A DNA stretch of 63,865 nucleotides, counting the filler, from Octopus bimaculoides (lineage: Eukaryota): the NCBI RefSeq assembly GCF_001194135.2. It is 5 parts of 5 records of this genome, joined end to end, with 100 filler letters (N's around TTAATTAATTAA, not from the genome) between each part and the next. Parts side by side here need not be neighbours in the genome. Positions count along the whole stretch, not along the records: positions 1 to 29,914 come from NC_068984.1; 4 more parts are not named here. The stretch is one strand, 5' to 3'. The stretch's first letter is position 1. Each line of letters starts with the position of its first letter. Position numbers and translations under genes: made by a program. Positions 1 to 11,538 of the stretch are shown here, piece by piece. The notes beneath the pieces were generated by a model. The model was given only the letters and a program-made list of their open reading frames with translations, ran no database searches and was not told the DNA's origin.

Positions 1-1220
1 ATATCAGAGATGATGATATACATGATATGTTATGCGACGATAACATAGATGACCAGCAATGAAAGACCACAACCGTATAAGATGAATAACAGAGATATTT
101 ATTATGGCGTTAAAGATGTATGTCTGTGTGAGAGTGTGAATGCGACATATAAGAACATAATCAAAGACAGGCCGTCATACAAAGTAAAGTGTGTATGTGA
201 GTGATACATGTGTGTATGAGTGTTTACAGCAAATAGAAAGAGTCAATAACACGTGAACAATTATACCAGTTCTTTAGTACACTATAGGAAAAGTTCTGTA
301 TGTGAAAATGAGGAAAGGCTGAGTGTGGCAGAGCTGATCACTAGTTGTGATGTCGTGGCATCGATGCCGGGCCGTGATTCTTGTTATACAGATGTTCGTC
401 GCTGGCTAAGAATTTCTTGTCTGTTTAAGAACTCTTGTCTGTTTCATTTACCGTGGTGAAGCTGAGTCACCTAACAGAATCGAAGAGAGAGATGTGCCGC
501 GGAGGTTTGGTTTGGTGTACATAGTAAGTCGTGTTGACGCTGGTGGTGTAGAGGCTGCTTGGTAGGTGCTGGTTAGTAGTCGTAGACTCTTGTTGCTGAT
601 GTGGCGACGGCGGTGGTCATCGTTGGCTGGACGAAGTTGCTGAAGTGGTCGCTGGCTGCTGCTGCTGTCGTGTGGTACACGGAACAGTTCTCAAAGAGAA
701 ACTGGACCGAGACAAATTTGGCCGCCGAGTTAAAGCTATTTATAACAAACTANNNNNNNNNNNNNNNNNNNNNNNNNNNNNNNNNNNNNNNNNNNNNNNN
801 NNNNNNNNNNNNNNNNNNNNNNNNNNNNNNNNNNNNNNNNNNNNNNNNNNNNNNNNNNNNNNNNNNNNNNNNNNNNNNNNNNNNNNNNNNNNNNNNNNNN
901 NNNNNNNNNNNNNNNNNNNNNNNNNNNNNNNNNNNNNNNNNNNNNNNNNNNNNNNNNNNNNNNNNNNNNNNNNNNNNNNNNNNNNNNNNNNNNNNNNNNN
1001 NNNNNNNNNNNNNNNNNNNNNNNNNNNNNNNNNNNNNNNNNNNNNNNNNNNNNNNNNNNNNNNNNNNNNNNNNNNNNNNNNNNNNNNNNNNNNNNNNNNN
1101 NNNNNNNNNNNNNNNNNNNNNNNNNNNNNNNNCTACTACGCTCGCATTTATTTATATTTAAATGAGAAGATTGTATGTAATGGCGATAGTAGTTTTGTAT
1201 CTAATGGCGATAGGTAGTTT

Positions 1221-1261
<41 letters not shown>

Positions 1262-1268
<7 letters not shown>

Positions 1269-1490
1269 GTGTGTTTGTGTGTCTGTTTTTGTCCCCCCAA
1301 CATCGCTTGACAACCGATGCTGGTGTGTTTACGTCCCCGTAACTTAGCGGTTCAGCAAAAGAGTCCGATAGAATAAGTACTAGGCTCACAAAGAATAAGT
1401 CCTGGGGTCGATTTGCTCGACTAAACGCGGTGCTTCAGCATGGCCGCAGTCAAATGACTGAAACAAGTAAAAGAGTAAAAGAGAGAGAGA
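1262..1490 (+). mobile_element. SINE family C, 3' part with (AAAAGAGT)-type tail
   Basis: gtccccccaacatcgcttgacaaccgatgctggtgtgtttacgtccccg...aaatgactgaaacaagtaaaagagtaaaagag recurs at 56790 and, as reverse complement, at 61612, 12662 and 7370. Confidence 0.85.
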
Positions 1491-1796
1491 GTAAATAAAT
1501 ACAAATACATACTGTTTGGGAGATTTTATTTAGACCGAGTTGAGATTAAAATCTGGTAAAATACGGTTTAGAGATTGAATATGTTGGCCAGATAAAAGGA
1601 CGTCTGTATATGACTTACTACTATTATTATTATATGTTTTTAATAGAAAAATTCAAAGGTTGTTTAACAGAACAAGATCTTGTTTTCTAACAAGCGAGAC
1701 ACAAGACTACTTTGTCGATGAACGTTACAGAATTGTTTAAATTCACGCAAATGCTGAGATTTGGAGAAGTTTTATGTATTTTCATTGCGTTTATTC

Positions 1797-2215
1797 TTGA
1801 CTGTGTGGTAGAAGCTTCCTTCTTGACTTGACACATGGCTTCAGGTTCGGTTGCACTGCGTGACGTTTTGTGTAAGTGGTCTTCTGTTATAGCCCCAGGC
1901 TGACCAAAGCCTTCACTGGATTTTGTAGATGAAAACAGAGTGAAAGCCCGTCGTATATATATGTGTGCATGTATGTATGTATATGTGTGTGTGTGTGTGT
2001 CAGTGTGTGTGTGCCAGTGTGTGTGCCAGTGTGTGTGTGTCAGTGTGTGTGTGTCAGTGTGTGTGTGTCAGTGTGTGTGTGTCAGTGTGTGTGTGTCAGT
2101 GTGTGTGTGTCTGACTGTTCCCCCACCACTTGAAACGGTGGTGGTCTTTTTACTTTTTACGTCCCCGAAACAAACCAACAAGACTTTTCGTTTATTTATT
2201 TATTTATTGAGAACA
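1797..2215 (+). mobile_element. SINE family C, degenerate near-complete copy: tRNA-like head, CORE-like centre, internal GT/GTCA microsatellite, partial tail
   Basis: Head tgtgtggtagaagct...ggttcggttgcactg, then gaccaaagcctt...gaaagcccgtcgtatatat, composite (GT)n/(GTCA) repeat 1961-2110, then tail similarity. Confidence 0.65.
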
Positions 2216-2225
2216 CTAAATTACT

Positions 2226-2445
2226 GATTCCAAATTTTGGCAGAAGGCCAGAAATTTCGAGTGTAGGTGGTGGGTAAGTCAATTACATTGACCAACCAGG
2301 GTTCAATTGGTACTTTTTTATCGACCCCTCAAAAGAAGAAAGGCAAAGTTGAGCTCAGCGGAATTTGAATTGAATTCAGAACATAAATACGGACGAAATA
2401 CCGCTAAGTAGTTACCCCTGCGTTGTAACAATTCTGCCAAAAGGC
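2226..2445 (-). mobile_element. SINE family B, degenerate
   Basis: Reverse complement of the 22084-22310 family (ggcaaagttgagctcagcggaatttgaa...cagaac). Confidence 0.7.
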
Positions 2446-2574
2446 CGCTCTAGAATACCAACTTATCAAGAGTAGGCTTATTGGTAAGGTAGTCAAGAAT
2501 TTTCTAATGACTCTAAGCTTGTGTAGACCTGTTGGTAGTAACGTAAATAAATGTGTATATGAGTTGTAAGTTTG

Positions 2575-2700
2575 TATCCTCATGGTTTAGTGTTCAGTAT
2601 CACTGTGCGGCACCTTGGTCAAGTGTTTTCTTGTTTAACACCGGCTCTACCAATGCCTTATGATTGAATTTAGAGGGAGGAAACTGTGTGGGAACTTATC
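2575..2700 (+). mobile_element. SINE family C head, degenerate
   Basis: ggcaccttggtcaagtgttttctt...accaatgccttatgattgaatt...ggaaactg parallels 1850-1950. Confidence 0.5.
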
Positions 2701-2734
2701 TATCTATCTATCTGTCTATCTATCTATCTATCTA

Positions 2735-2800
<66 letters not shown>

Positions 2801-3265
2801 NNNNNNNNNNNNNNNNNNNNNNNNNNNNNNNNNNNNNNNNNNNNNNNNNNNNNNNNNNNNNNNNNNNNNNNNNNNNNNNNNNNNNNNNNNNNNNNNNNNN
2901 NNNNNNNNNNNNNNNNNNNNNNNNNNNNNNNNNNNNNNNNNNNNNNNNNNNNNNNNNNNNNNNNNNNNNNNNNNNNNNNNNNNNNNNNNNNNNNNNNNNN
3001 NNNNNNNNNNNNNNNNNNNNNNNNNNNNNNNNNNNNNNNNNNNNNNNNNNNNNNNNNNNNNNNNNNNNNNNNNNNNNNNNNNNNNNNNNNNNNNNNNNNN
3101 NNNNNNNNNNNNNNNNNNNNNNNNNNNNNNNNNNNNNNNNNNNNNNNNNNNNNNNNNNNNNNNNNNNNNNNNNNNNNNNNNNNNNNNNNNNNNNNNNNNN
3201 NNNNNNNNNNNNNNNNNNNNNNNNNNNNNNNNNNNNNNNNNNNNNNNNNNNNNNNNNNNNNNNNN

Positions 3266-3511
3266 NTATGAGGACCGACTCCTGTATTTGTCGCAACGAT
3301 GCGTCACCGGGGTGTCTAGACAGGATTTCTATGTTAATTCTGTTCAGTACACCACCATGTTGTTCTTTGGCATGCTGGTAGAGCACCGAGGTTTGTTTTT
3401 GATTATTATAGTCCCTCCAATGTTCGTTTACACGCTCAGCCAAACTTCTTGCCTTACAATTGCCCATGGTTGCATGTGTTGTTCACACATATGATGCGGA
3501 ATATGAACGAA

Positions 3512-3553
<42 letters not shown>

Positions 3554-3650
3554 CACACTACAAGATTTTGTGCTACTACTAGTTTCATGCTCTGAGAACA
3601 TGCCAAACAATGTTTTATAACACGTCTGATATCTCGGCGCACTCGTCAGG
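3266..3650 (-). mobile_element. Penelope-like element GIY-YIG endonuclease fragment, interrupted by (TA)n
   Basis: Minus-strand peptides HCLACSQS..NLVV, FRIICVNNTCNHGQL and ARSLAERVNEHWRDYNNQKQTSVLYQHAKEQH...LRQIQESVLI match the PLE GIY-YIG pattern C..NVVY.I.C..C..YVGET.R.L..R..EH..R...E, with frameshifts. Confidence 0.75.
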
Positions 3651-3734
3651 AACACCCTACATGCCATGATACATACATCCATACATACATATGTGTGTGC
3701 GCGTGTGCGCGCGTGTGTGTGAAGCAGCATGGAG

Positions 3735-3975
3735 TAGGTGATTAGGGTGTCGTTAGATCGTGGTTCCATTTCCAGACTGGGTGATGCGTTGTCTTCTTAA
3801 GCCAAACATTTCATTTCCCGTTGCTCCTGTCCCACTTTCGATCAGGAGTGAATGCTGGTCTGCACGCCAAGCTAGCGAGGTGGGAGTCATTCGATGGCTA
3901 AAACAATGCAAATCGCATTGTGACCTTCGATGTGTTCCAACATCTGATAGTCTGGTTGGTCACGTGGTGTCGTAG
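3735..3975 (+). mobile_element. tRNA-derived SINE family D
   Basis: tRNA-like head (gtggttccatttccagactgg) and tail ttgtgaccttcgatgtgttccaacatctgatagtctggt; the tail recurs at 41150-41190. Confidence 0.55.
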
Positions 3976-4227
3976 TACATTTATATATATGTATATACGT
4001 ATGTATATCTGTATGCGTATGTACCTATATATGTGTATGTATACGTATGCATATACATACATACACACACACACACATATACATATATGCTTATACATAC
4101 ACACACAGACACAGACACACACACACATATGTGAATGTACATGCATATATGTATGTACATAAGTGTATGTATATACATAATATAATAATTAAAAAATAGA
4201 AGAGACATACATACATACATACATACA

Positions 4228-4258
<31 letters not shown>

Positions 4259-4424
4259 TTATATTACCTGATAACGTCAATGCTGTAAAGTGCTCCTGGA
4301 GGAATGATATTGTCGTGAGAAAAACAAACCAAACTATTTTGATCTACAATTGACATTTAGATGAAATGAATGAACGGAACTAATGTGAGCTGTAGTGGTA
4401 CATTCATCAGGTCATACACACACA

Positions 4425-4470
<46 letters not shown>

Positions 4471-5044
4471 TATGCATGTATTAATACATACGTGCAAACG
4501 CACACACTTAGGCACGAACGTAAACACCCAGCTTTTCATGGGAATTGGTGTACACACATACGTATATATATATATACACATACATACATATACGCATATA
4601 AATAGGTATATATTCATATTTACAGATATGTGTGTATATGTATGTGTATGCATGTGTTACACACACACACACAACACACATCCAGAGAGTACTTTATATG
4701 TGTGTGTATATATAAGANNNNNNNNNNNNNNNNNNNNNNNNNNNNNNNNNNNNNNNNNNNNNNNNNNNNNNNNNNNNNNNNNNNNNNNNNNNNNNNNNNN
4801 NNNNNNNNNNNNNNNNNNNNNNNNNNNNNNNNNNNNNNNNNNNNNNNNNNNNNNNNNNNNNNNNNNNNNNNNNNNNNNNNNNNNNNNNNNNNNNNNNNNN
4901 NNNNNNNNNNNNNNNNNNNNNNNNNNNNNNNNNNNNNNNNNNNNNNNNNNNNNNNNNNNNNNNNNNNNNNNNNNNNNNNNNNNNNNNNNNNNNNNNNNNN
5001 NNNNNNNNNNNNNNNNNNNNNNNNNTATATATATATATATATAT

Positions 5045-5087
<43 letters not shown>

Positions 5088-5726
5088 CAGATGTATGTGT
5101 GTGTGTGTATGTGTGTGCATGTATGTATGTATATTTGTGTCGTAAGTCAGTTGTGTGTACGTCTACGTGTTTTTGTGTACTTGTAAATCGATGACGTAAA
5201 AAGTCATGGCATATGGAACTGATATTTTATTAAGTGCTTGAACATTGTTTTGTAATCACCATGGTTACTGTCGGAGATATCTATGCTCTTGTAGTGCGTG
5301 TTCCATCTCTTCTACCATCCCTTGTAATATTTTGCACACCATTGTGCTGCTATTATTTTTTTTGAATATTTCTATCTAAAGTGACTATAATTTCAGAGAT
5401 TCACCCGGTATTAGCTTGGTGGTTATGCTTAATCTCATAATCCATTGTTGAGTCGAAGAAATATAATTGGATACATAGTCTTTATATTCATTTATCGCGT
5501 GCATATCAGAAATGTGATTTTAAATTTGTTCATGCAGTCTGAAACGAAACGAAGGGCGATCACGTGGCCCGGTTATTTGACACTCATTGAAGACATCGAA
5601 AGAGTTGCAAGATCAAATGCTGTCGATACATTAGAATAGTAGCTATAAACGGGCTGACTCGTAATAGCTTTCAGGAACTCCAGGAAAAGTTGAGGTATTT
5701 GAACTTTACGTGTATATGCGTGCTTG

Positions 5727-5758
<32 letters not shown>

Positions 5759-6038
5759 TGTATGTATGTATGTATGTATGTATGTATGTATGTGTGTGTG
5801 CGTGTGCGTGAATATGTGTGTATGTGTGTTTATAAACCTTAAAAAGTGGTAACAAAAAACAGCGTACATATTTTATTCAATCAAAATTTAATGTGACAGT
5901 AACTTCGAAGTTTTGCTGCGACTGGAACAATATATGTATATATATATGGGAGAATGTACGAAAAAACAACAACAGACGAGGACAGGTGGTTTAAATAACA
6001 AAAGGATGTATTAGTATGACGCTCGGGAATACGGAAAG

Positions 6039-6075
6039 TCTTTGACGTTTCGAGCTACGCTCTTCAACAGAAAGA
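6039..6075 (-). ncRNA. Minimal type I hammerhead-ribozyme-like motif, probably from a PLE terminal repeat
   Basis: RNA UCUUU-CUGUUGA-A-GAGC(GUA)GCUC-GAAA-C-GUC-AAAGA: 5-bp stem I, 4-bp stem II, palindromic ACGU stem III, GUC site; core A6 is U. Confidence 0.55.
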
Positions 6076-6287
6076 ATACGGAGACAAGGAGAAAAACACG
6101 GAGAAAAAAAAAATGAATAGTGTTCAGTCAACGGTCAATCAAGAGGGTATTGGATTTAATCAAACCCCAAAAGATACAGGTAATACCGAGTAAGTGCTGT
6201 ATACCGACTAGTTATGCCCCAGTCGTTGTATCAACAAGATTGGGGATTATAAGTCGTGTATTAGCGCGTGCATGTATAAATATATAA

Positions 6288-6692
6288 AAAGATAAAGAGA
6301 GCAATGGTAAAGTTGGAAATATATTTTATGGATAGAGTCTTACAGCTGTTTCTGGGAAGATCCAGTACTTCCCTTCATTGGAGAAAAAAATAGTAAAGGA
6401 ATCGATTATTATATCCATAGGCGGAGAGTTATAGTATGAAGTGAGAGTGAGTGTGATGCGCTGAAAAAAGAAAGAAAGAGAGAACAGTACTTGGAGTGTA
6501 GTTTCACTCCAAGTACTTTTCAGCGCATCACACTCACTCTCACTTCATGCTATAACTCTCCGCCTATGGATATAATAATCGATTCCTTTACTATTTTTTT
6601 CTCCAATGAAGGGAAGTACTGGATCTTCCCAGAAACAGCTGTAAGACTCTATTCATAAAATATATTTCCAACTTTACCATTGCTCTCTTTAT

Positions 6693-6696
<4 letters not shown>
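6288..6696. repeat. 409-bp foldback: 179-bp inverted arms (6288-6466 and 6518-6696, 2 mismatches) plus an internal 13-bp hairpin
   Basis: Direct arm-by-arm comparison; inner stem AGTACTTGGAGTG/CACTCCAAGTACT (6486-6517) with a TAGTTT loop. Confidence 0.95.
6600..6646 (+). ncRNA. Hammerhead-like motif in the right foldback arm (mirror copy at 6338-6384 on the - strand)
   Basis: UCU-CCAAUGA-A-GGGAAG(UACUGGAU)CUUCCC-A-GAAA-CAGCU-GUA-AGA: 6-bp stem II, palindromic ACAGCUGU stem III, GUA site; core deviates from CUGANGA at positions 4 and 5. Confidence 0.5.
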
Positions 6697-6726
<30 letters not shown>

Positions 6727-6875
6727 CGAGGTCGACTTTGCCTTTTTCCATTTAGGGTCGATAAACTAAAAATCAGTTGACCACTGAGGTCGATGCAATC
6801 AACATTAACTTCACCCCCACCGATATTGTTGGACTCGTGCCACAATTTGAAATCAGTGTTTGAAACTGTTCCAAG
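6727..6875 (+). mobile_element. SINE family B, 3' half
   Basis: cgaggtcgactttgcctttttccatttagggtcgataaa matches 22175-22215. Confidence 0.75.
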
Positions 6876-7316
6876 AATTGTGTCACGAAGACTCTTTATT
6901 ATTAGCTGCCCCATTCTAGTTATATATCACAATTTATAAGCAGTAGCATCATCGGTTAGCAGTTTCCAACAGAAACTGCCTGGGGTACCGGCAATACATG
7001 AAACTTCTTAACCAGGCAACCATATCTGAACCTTTTACTTCACTGTAGTGTAGCCGTCGCATAGCAGGAACAATTCGCCGTTGTAAAGTAACATTAAACA
7101 GTGTAAGTTGACCGATGGTTTCATAGTTAGATTACATTGCTCTAGTTTTTACAAGTCCCACGATTGCTGGAGAGAAAACAAAAGGTTGGACTTGGGAGAT
7201 TTTCATCAATAAGACAATGAAAATGTCAAGTAGTTTTTAGGAAATGCCAAATAAATTATTTGATTTGATTGTCTGACAATAGACGAGGCGGTTAAAGACG
7301 GATTATTTCGAAGTAT

Positions 7317-7366
<50 letters not shown>

Positions 7367-7369
7367 TCT

Positions 7370-7520
7370 TTTATTTCTTTTACTTGTTGCAGTCATTGGA
7401 CTACGGCCATGCTGAAGCAATGCCTTCAAGTGATTAGTTGATCATACCGACTCCAGCATTTATTGCTATCCAGTACTTGTTATTTAGTTATCTATTTGTC
7501 GAAACGCTAAATTGACGACT
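7370..7520 (-). mobile_element. SINE family C tail, degenerate
   Basis: cttttacttgttgcagtcattggactacggccatgctgaagca parallels 61620-61675. Confidence 0.6.
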
Positions 7521-7764
7521 GAGNNNNNNNNNNNNNNNNNNNNNNNNNNNNNNNNNNNNNNNNNNNNNNNNNNNNNNNNNNNNNNNNNNNNNNNNNNNNN
7601 NNNNNNNNNNNNNNNNNNNNNNNNNNNNNNNNNNNNNNNNNNNNNNNNNNNNNNNNNNNNNNNNNNNNNNNNNNNNNNNNNNNNNNNNNNNNNNNNNNNN
7701 NNNNNNNNNNNNNNNNNNNNNNNNNNNNNNNNNNNNNNTATATATATACACACAAATACATACA

Positions 7765-8800
7765 CCAGAAATGATGCACTGCGCCAAGCCCCCAGGCAAG
7801 CAGCGCATCAATACTACCGCAACCCAACAGCCAACTAAGACAGATACATTCTTCGAGACACTGGAAGACGCCCTTCTTGCAGATCCACCAGAAGGCAAAG
7901 TTCAGCAGAAGTGGGACTCTCTCAGGGACATCATCCATAGCACTGCACTGAGGGCCTTTGAGAGGAGAGGAAGATGACACATGACTGGTTTGCGGCGAAT
8001 GTGAAAGAATTCAATACCCCCATAGAGAAGAAGCGTGCTGCCCTGCTGAAGCATAAACACCAACCCACCAGGGAAACGCTGCAAGCATTGAGATCAGCAA
8101 GGAACAGCATGCAGAAGACAGTGAGACGGTGTGCAAATGACTACTGGCTACAACTATGTGCAGATATCCAACTGTCATTTGATACAGGCAACATTCGTGG
8201 AATGTATGAGGGTATCGAGAAAGTCATCGGCCCAACCCACAGCAAGATAGCTCCAGTCAAATCTAGGACAGGAGAAATTATCAAGGACAAAAGAGAGCAA
8301 CTGGAAGATTGGGTGGAACATTATTCTGAACTCTACGCCTCAGAAAAAATACATCTCGGACACTATAGAGCACCTACCTTTCATGGAAGAGCTGGACACA
8401 CTGCCAATTGCTGAAGAACTGAGGAGAGCCATTGATGGCTTACCCACTGGAAAAGCACCGGGTTTGGATGGCATCCCACCAGAGATCATCAGATGCGCAA
8501 AGAAAGTTCTACTTAGCCATTTGCTGAATTTATTGTGTCAGTGCTGGGAGGAGGAATCAGTACCGCAAGACATAAGAGACTGTAACATTGTCACTCTCTA
8601 TAAGAACAAAGGAAACAAAAGCGACTGCCATAACTACCGAGGCACCTCGCTGTTAAGCATCATTGGGAAAGACTCTGCCTGTGTGGTCCTAAATAGGCTA
8701 CAGAAAATCGCTGAGAGGGGTTGCCCCGAATCTCAGTGTGGTTCCAGAGCAAAACGCTCCACCATCGACATGATCTTCTCTCCTCGACAACTACAGGAAA
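7765..8800 (+). mobile_element. RTE-clade LINE fragment (linker plus N-terminal RT domains), frameshifted and truncated
   Basis: Peptides QKWDSLRDIIHSTA, RRCANDYWLQLCADIQ..DTGNIRGMYEGI, GKAPGLDGIPPEI, LYKNKGNKSDCHNYRGTSLLS and PESQCGSRAKRSTIDMIFSPRQLQEK are typical RTE RT motifs. Confidence 0.92.
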
Positions 8801-8804
8801 AGAA

Positions 8805-8905
8805 AGAAAAATCACGTCTTCTCTATAAGAAGCCAGCTGATAGGAAGAAGGAAACGACCCATCTTTCTATCTGCTGGCTTCTTATAGAGAAGACGTGATT
8901 TTTCT
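8805..8905. repeat. 101-bp hairpin with a 33-bp perfect stem at the RTE breakpoint
   Basis: AGAAAAATCACGTCTTCTCTATAAGAAGCCAGC and its exact reverse complement, with further imperfect inner pairing. Confidence 0.9.
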
Positions 8906-9084
8906 GTCTCTTGTCTCTTCTCTCATTCACGTCTACTAGCGTTCCAAAAATAATAATTTTTCTATCGTCTTGGCCTAACAGCCCTTATTGTTTGTTTTTA
9001 CTGTCTCACTGTCCTGTTCTTGTCAACACTTTCATCCTCCGCAAAAAATTCCAAATTTTACTTAATTTACTTTGCGGGAAGGAC

Positions 9085-9165
9085 TGTTCCAACGAAGTCG
9101 CGTATTGTCCTTGCCATCAGAACGTGGAGTAGATGGAGCAGGGACAACTGATGAAGGGAAATATT
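9085..9165 (+). ncRNA. Degenerate hammerhead-like motif, type II topology
   Basis: GAAG(9094)...GUA(9102-04), then a 10-bp stem I TTGTCCTTGC/GCAGGGACAA closing exactly onto CTGATGA (9148-54); GAAA is GAAG and stem II is weak. Confidence 0.45.
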
Positions 9166-10316
9166 CTTTACGGTGCATGTCTCGTCTCTCTGATTTTTTT
9201 TTTCGTTGTTCTGTGTTTAACGTTTTTGTGATGTCCTGTACCCATATATGCATGTATGTATACATATAGATGTAGGTATGTACATATATGTATGGATATA
9301 TGAATATAGTTATATATTATTTATATTATTATTTGATCGAACGCCACGCATCTTTCTCCAAGTAAGTTTTATCTCTCTCTCTCTCTCTCTCTCTATACAC
9401 ATATATATATATATATATGTGNNNNNNNNNNNNNNNNNNNNNNNNNNNNNNNNNNNNNNNNNNNNNNNNNNNNNNNNNNNNNNNNNNNNNNNNNNNNNNN
9501 NNNNNNNNNNNNNNNNNNNNNNNNNNNNNNNNNNNNNNNNNNNNNNNNNNNNNNNNNNNNNNNNNNNNNNNNNNNNNNNNNNNNNNNNNNNNNNNNNNNN
9601 NNNNNNNNNNNNNNNNNNNNNNNNNNNNNNNNNNNNNNNNNNNNNNNNNNNNNNNNNNNNNNNNNNNNNNNNNNNNNNNNNNNNNNNNNNNNNNNNNNNN
9701 NNNNNNNNNNNNNNNNNNNNNNNNNNNNNNNNNNNNNNNNNNNNNNNNNNNNNNNNNNNNNNNNNNNNNNNNNNNNNNNNNNNNNNNNNNNNNNNNNNNN
9801 NNNNNNNNNNNNNNNNNNNNNNNNNNNNNNNNNNNNNNNNNNNNNNNNNNNNNNNNNNNNNNNNNNNNNNNNNNNNNNNNNNNNNNNNNNNNNNNNNNNN
9901 NNNNNNNNNNNNNNNNNNNNNNNNNNNNNNNNNNNNNNNNNNNNNNNNNNNNNNNNNNNNNNNNNNNNNNNNNNNNNNNNNNNNNNNNNNNNNNNNNNNN
10001 NNNNNNNNNNNNNNNNNNNNNNNNNNNNNNNNNNNNNNNNNNNNNNNNNNNNNNNNNNNNNNNNNNNNNNNNNNNNNNNNNNNNNNNNNNNNNNNNNNNN
10101 NNNNNNNNNNNNNNNNNNNNNNNNNNNNNNNNNNNNNNNNNNNNNNNNNNNNNNNNNNNNNNNNNNNNNNNNNNNNNNNNNNNNNNNNNNNNNNNNNNNN
10201 NNNNNNNNNNNNNNNNNNNNNNNNNNNNNNNNNNNNNNNNNNNNNNNNNNNNNNNNNNNNNNNNNNNNNNNNNNNNNNNNNNNNNNNNNNNNNNNNNNNN
10301 NNNNNNNNNNNNNNNN

Positions 10317-10360
<44 letters not shown>

Positions 10361-10630
10361 CATAAACATACACATATTCGCTAATATACATAGGTCTATG
10401 TGTGTATATAAACGTATTTCCGCTGAGAATTTAGTCCTCAAAATTCAATCCTGTCTCTAACAAAGTTACTAGAGCTTTGTGTACGTTGTCCGTATGTATA
10501 CGTGCATGCACGCATACACGTGCGTACGTATGCTCACATTTTTGCAGATGCTTGTATGAGCGAATGTAATCGCGCCATACAGCTTGCCCGAGGGCGTGTA
10601 TACATCCATACCTGTTAACGATTATTTTTC

Positions 10631-10738
10631 ATGCTTTTCTTGCTGGATTGTGTGTTCATTTCTCTTTTTGTCATCTGTGATTTCATTTTTGATATGAAGA
10701 TATTTCCTACGTCTGGCTGCTTTTCTCTCTACAAAACG
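10631..10738 (+). CDS. Candidate first coding exon of a putative beta-trefoil gene (MLFLLDCVFISLFVICDFIFDMKIFPTSGCFSLYKT; alternative start ATG at 10694)
   Basis: In-frame TAA at 10616-18, ATG at 10631 and 10694, then a perfect donor ACG|GTAAGT at 10739. The phase-0 end matches the phase-0 start of exon 17179. A GTAAGT can occur by chance. Confidence 0.3.
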
Positions 10739-10933
10739 GTAAGTTACATTGCGGAACAGTCATTTTAACGAGTTGTATTTACTTACCACTCGACGAGATA
10801 CATCTGCACCACTAGATGCTCCTGAACCAGTTGTTGAGTGTCCCACCCAAGAGGAATCGATACTAGATGCGTCGAAACAATTGTCGTGATTTATTATAAA
10901 TTCTTGTATATTCCATCTTTTGTCTTTCATTTG

Positions 10934-11023
<90 letters not shown>

Positions 11024-11497
11024 GTATGTATGCATGTATGTATTATGTAGATAGGAGTATAAGTAGGTATGTCTGTAGGTAGGTTCGCGGGTAGGTAGGC
11101 AGGTAGGTAGGTAGGTAGGTAGGCTTCCAATTATTTTTTCTTACATAGGAGCAACTAGTTCCCAGCCGAAATTTTAATACGAACGACAATGAGTCATCTT
11201 AAACTTTTAAGAAATCTTACATATTTTTACTGTACCGCTCACAGATTGTATTTGAGATTTGCATACCAGGTGGTGATTTCCTTTGCCTAAAACCTCAGCT
11301 TTTTAAGACTGCCGCTAAGATATCTACTTACATGCCAAAATGCACCAATAATTATCGCTACAAAAATTGAATTTATTGCAAGAGATGAGAAGCTGTAGGT
11401 TTCGAGGAATTTGTCTTAAATATTCTCTTTCTCTCAGATTTTGAAAGTAATGATCACATCTGCAAGACTGCTGACCGCTATAGCTTTAGAAAACTTT

Positions 11498-11538
<41 letters not shown>

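Noticed and set aside
250-752. GC-rich segment before the first gap, as a coding region or LTR
   Set aside because: No motif or second copy in the window and truncated by Ns; cannot be classified.
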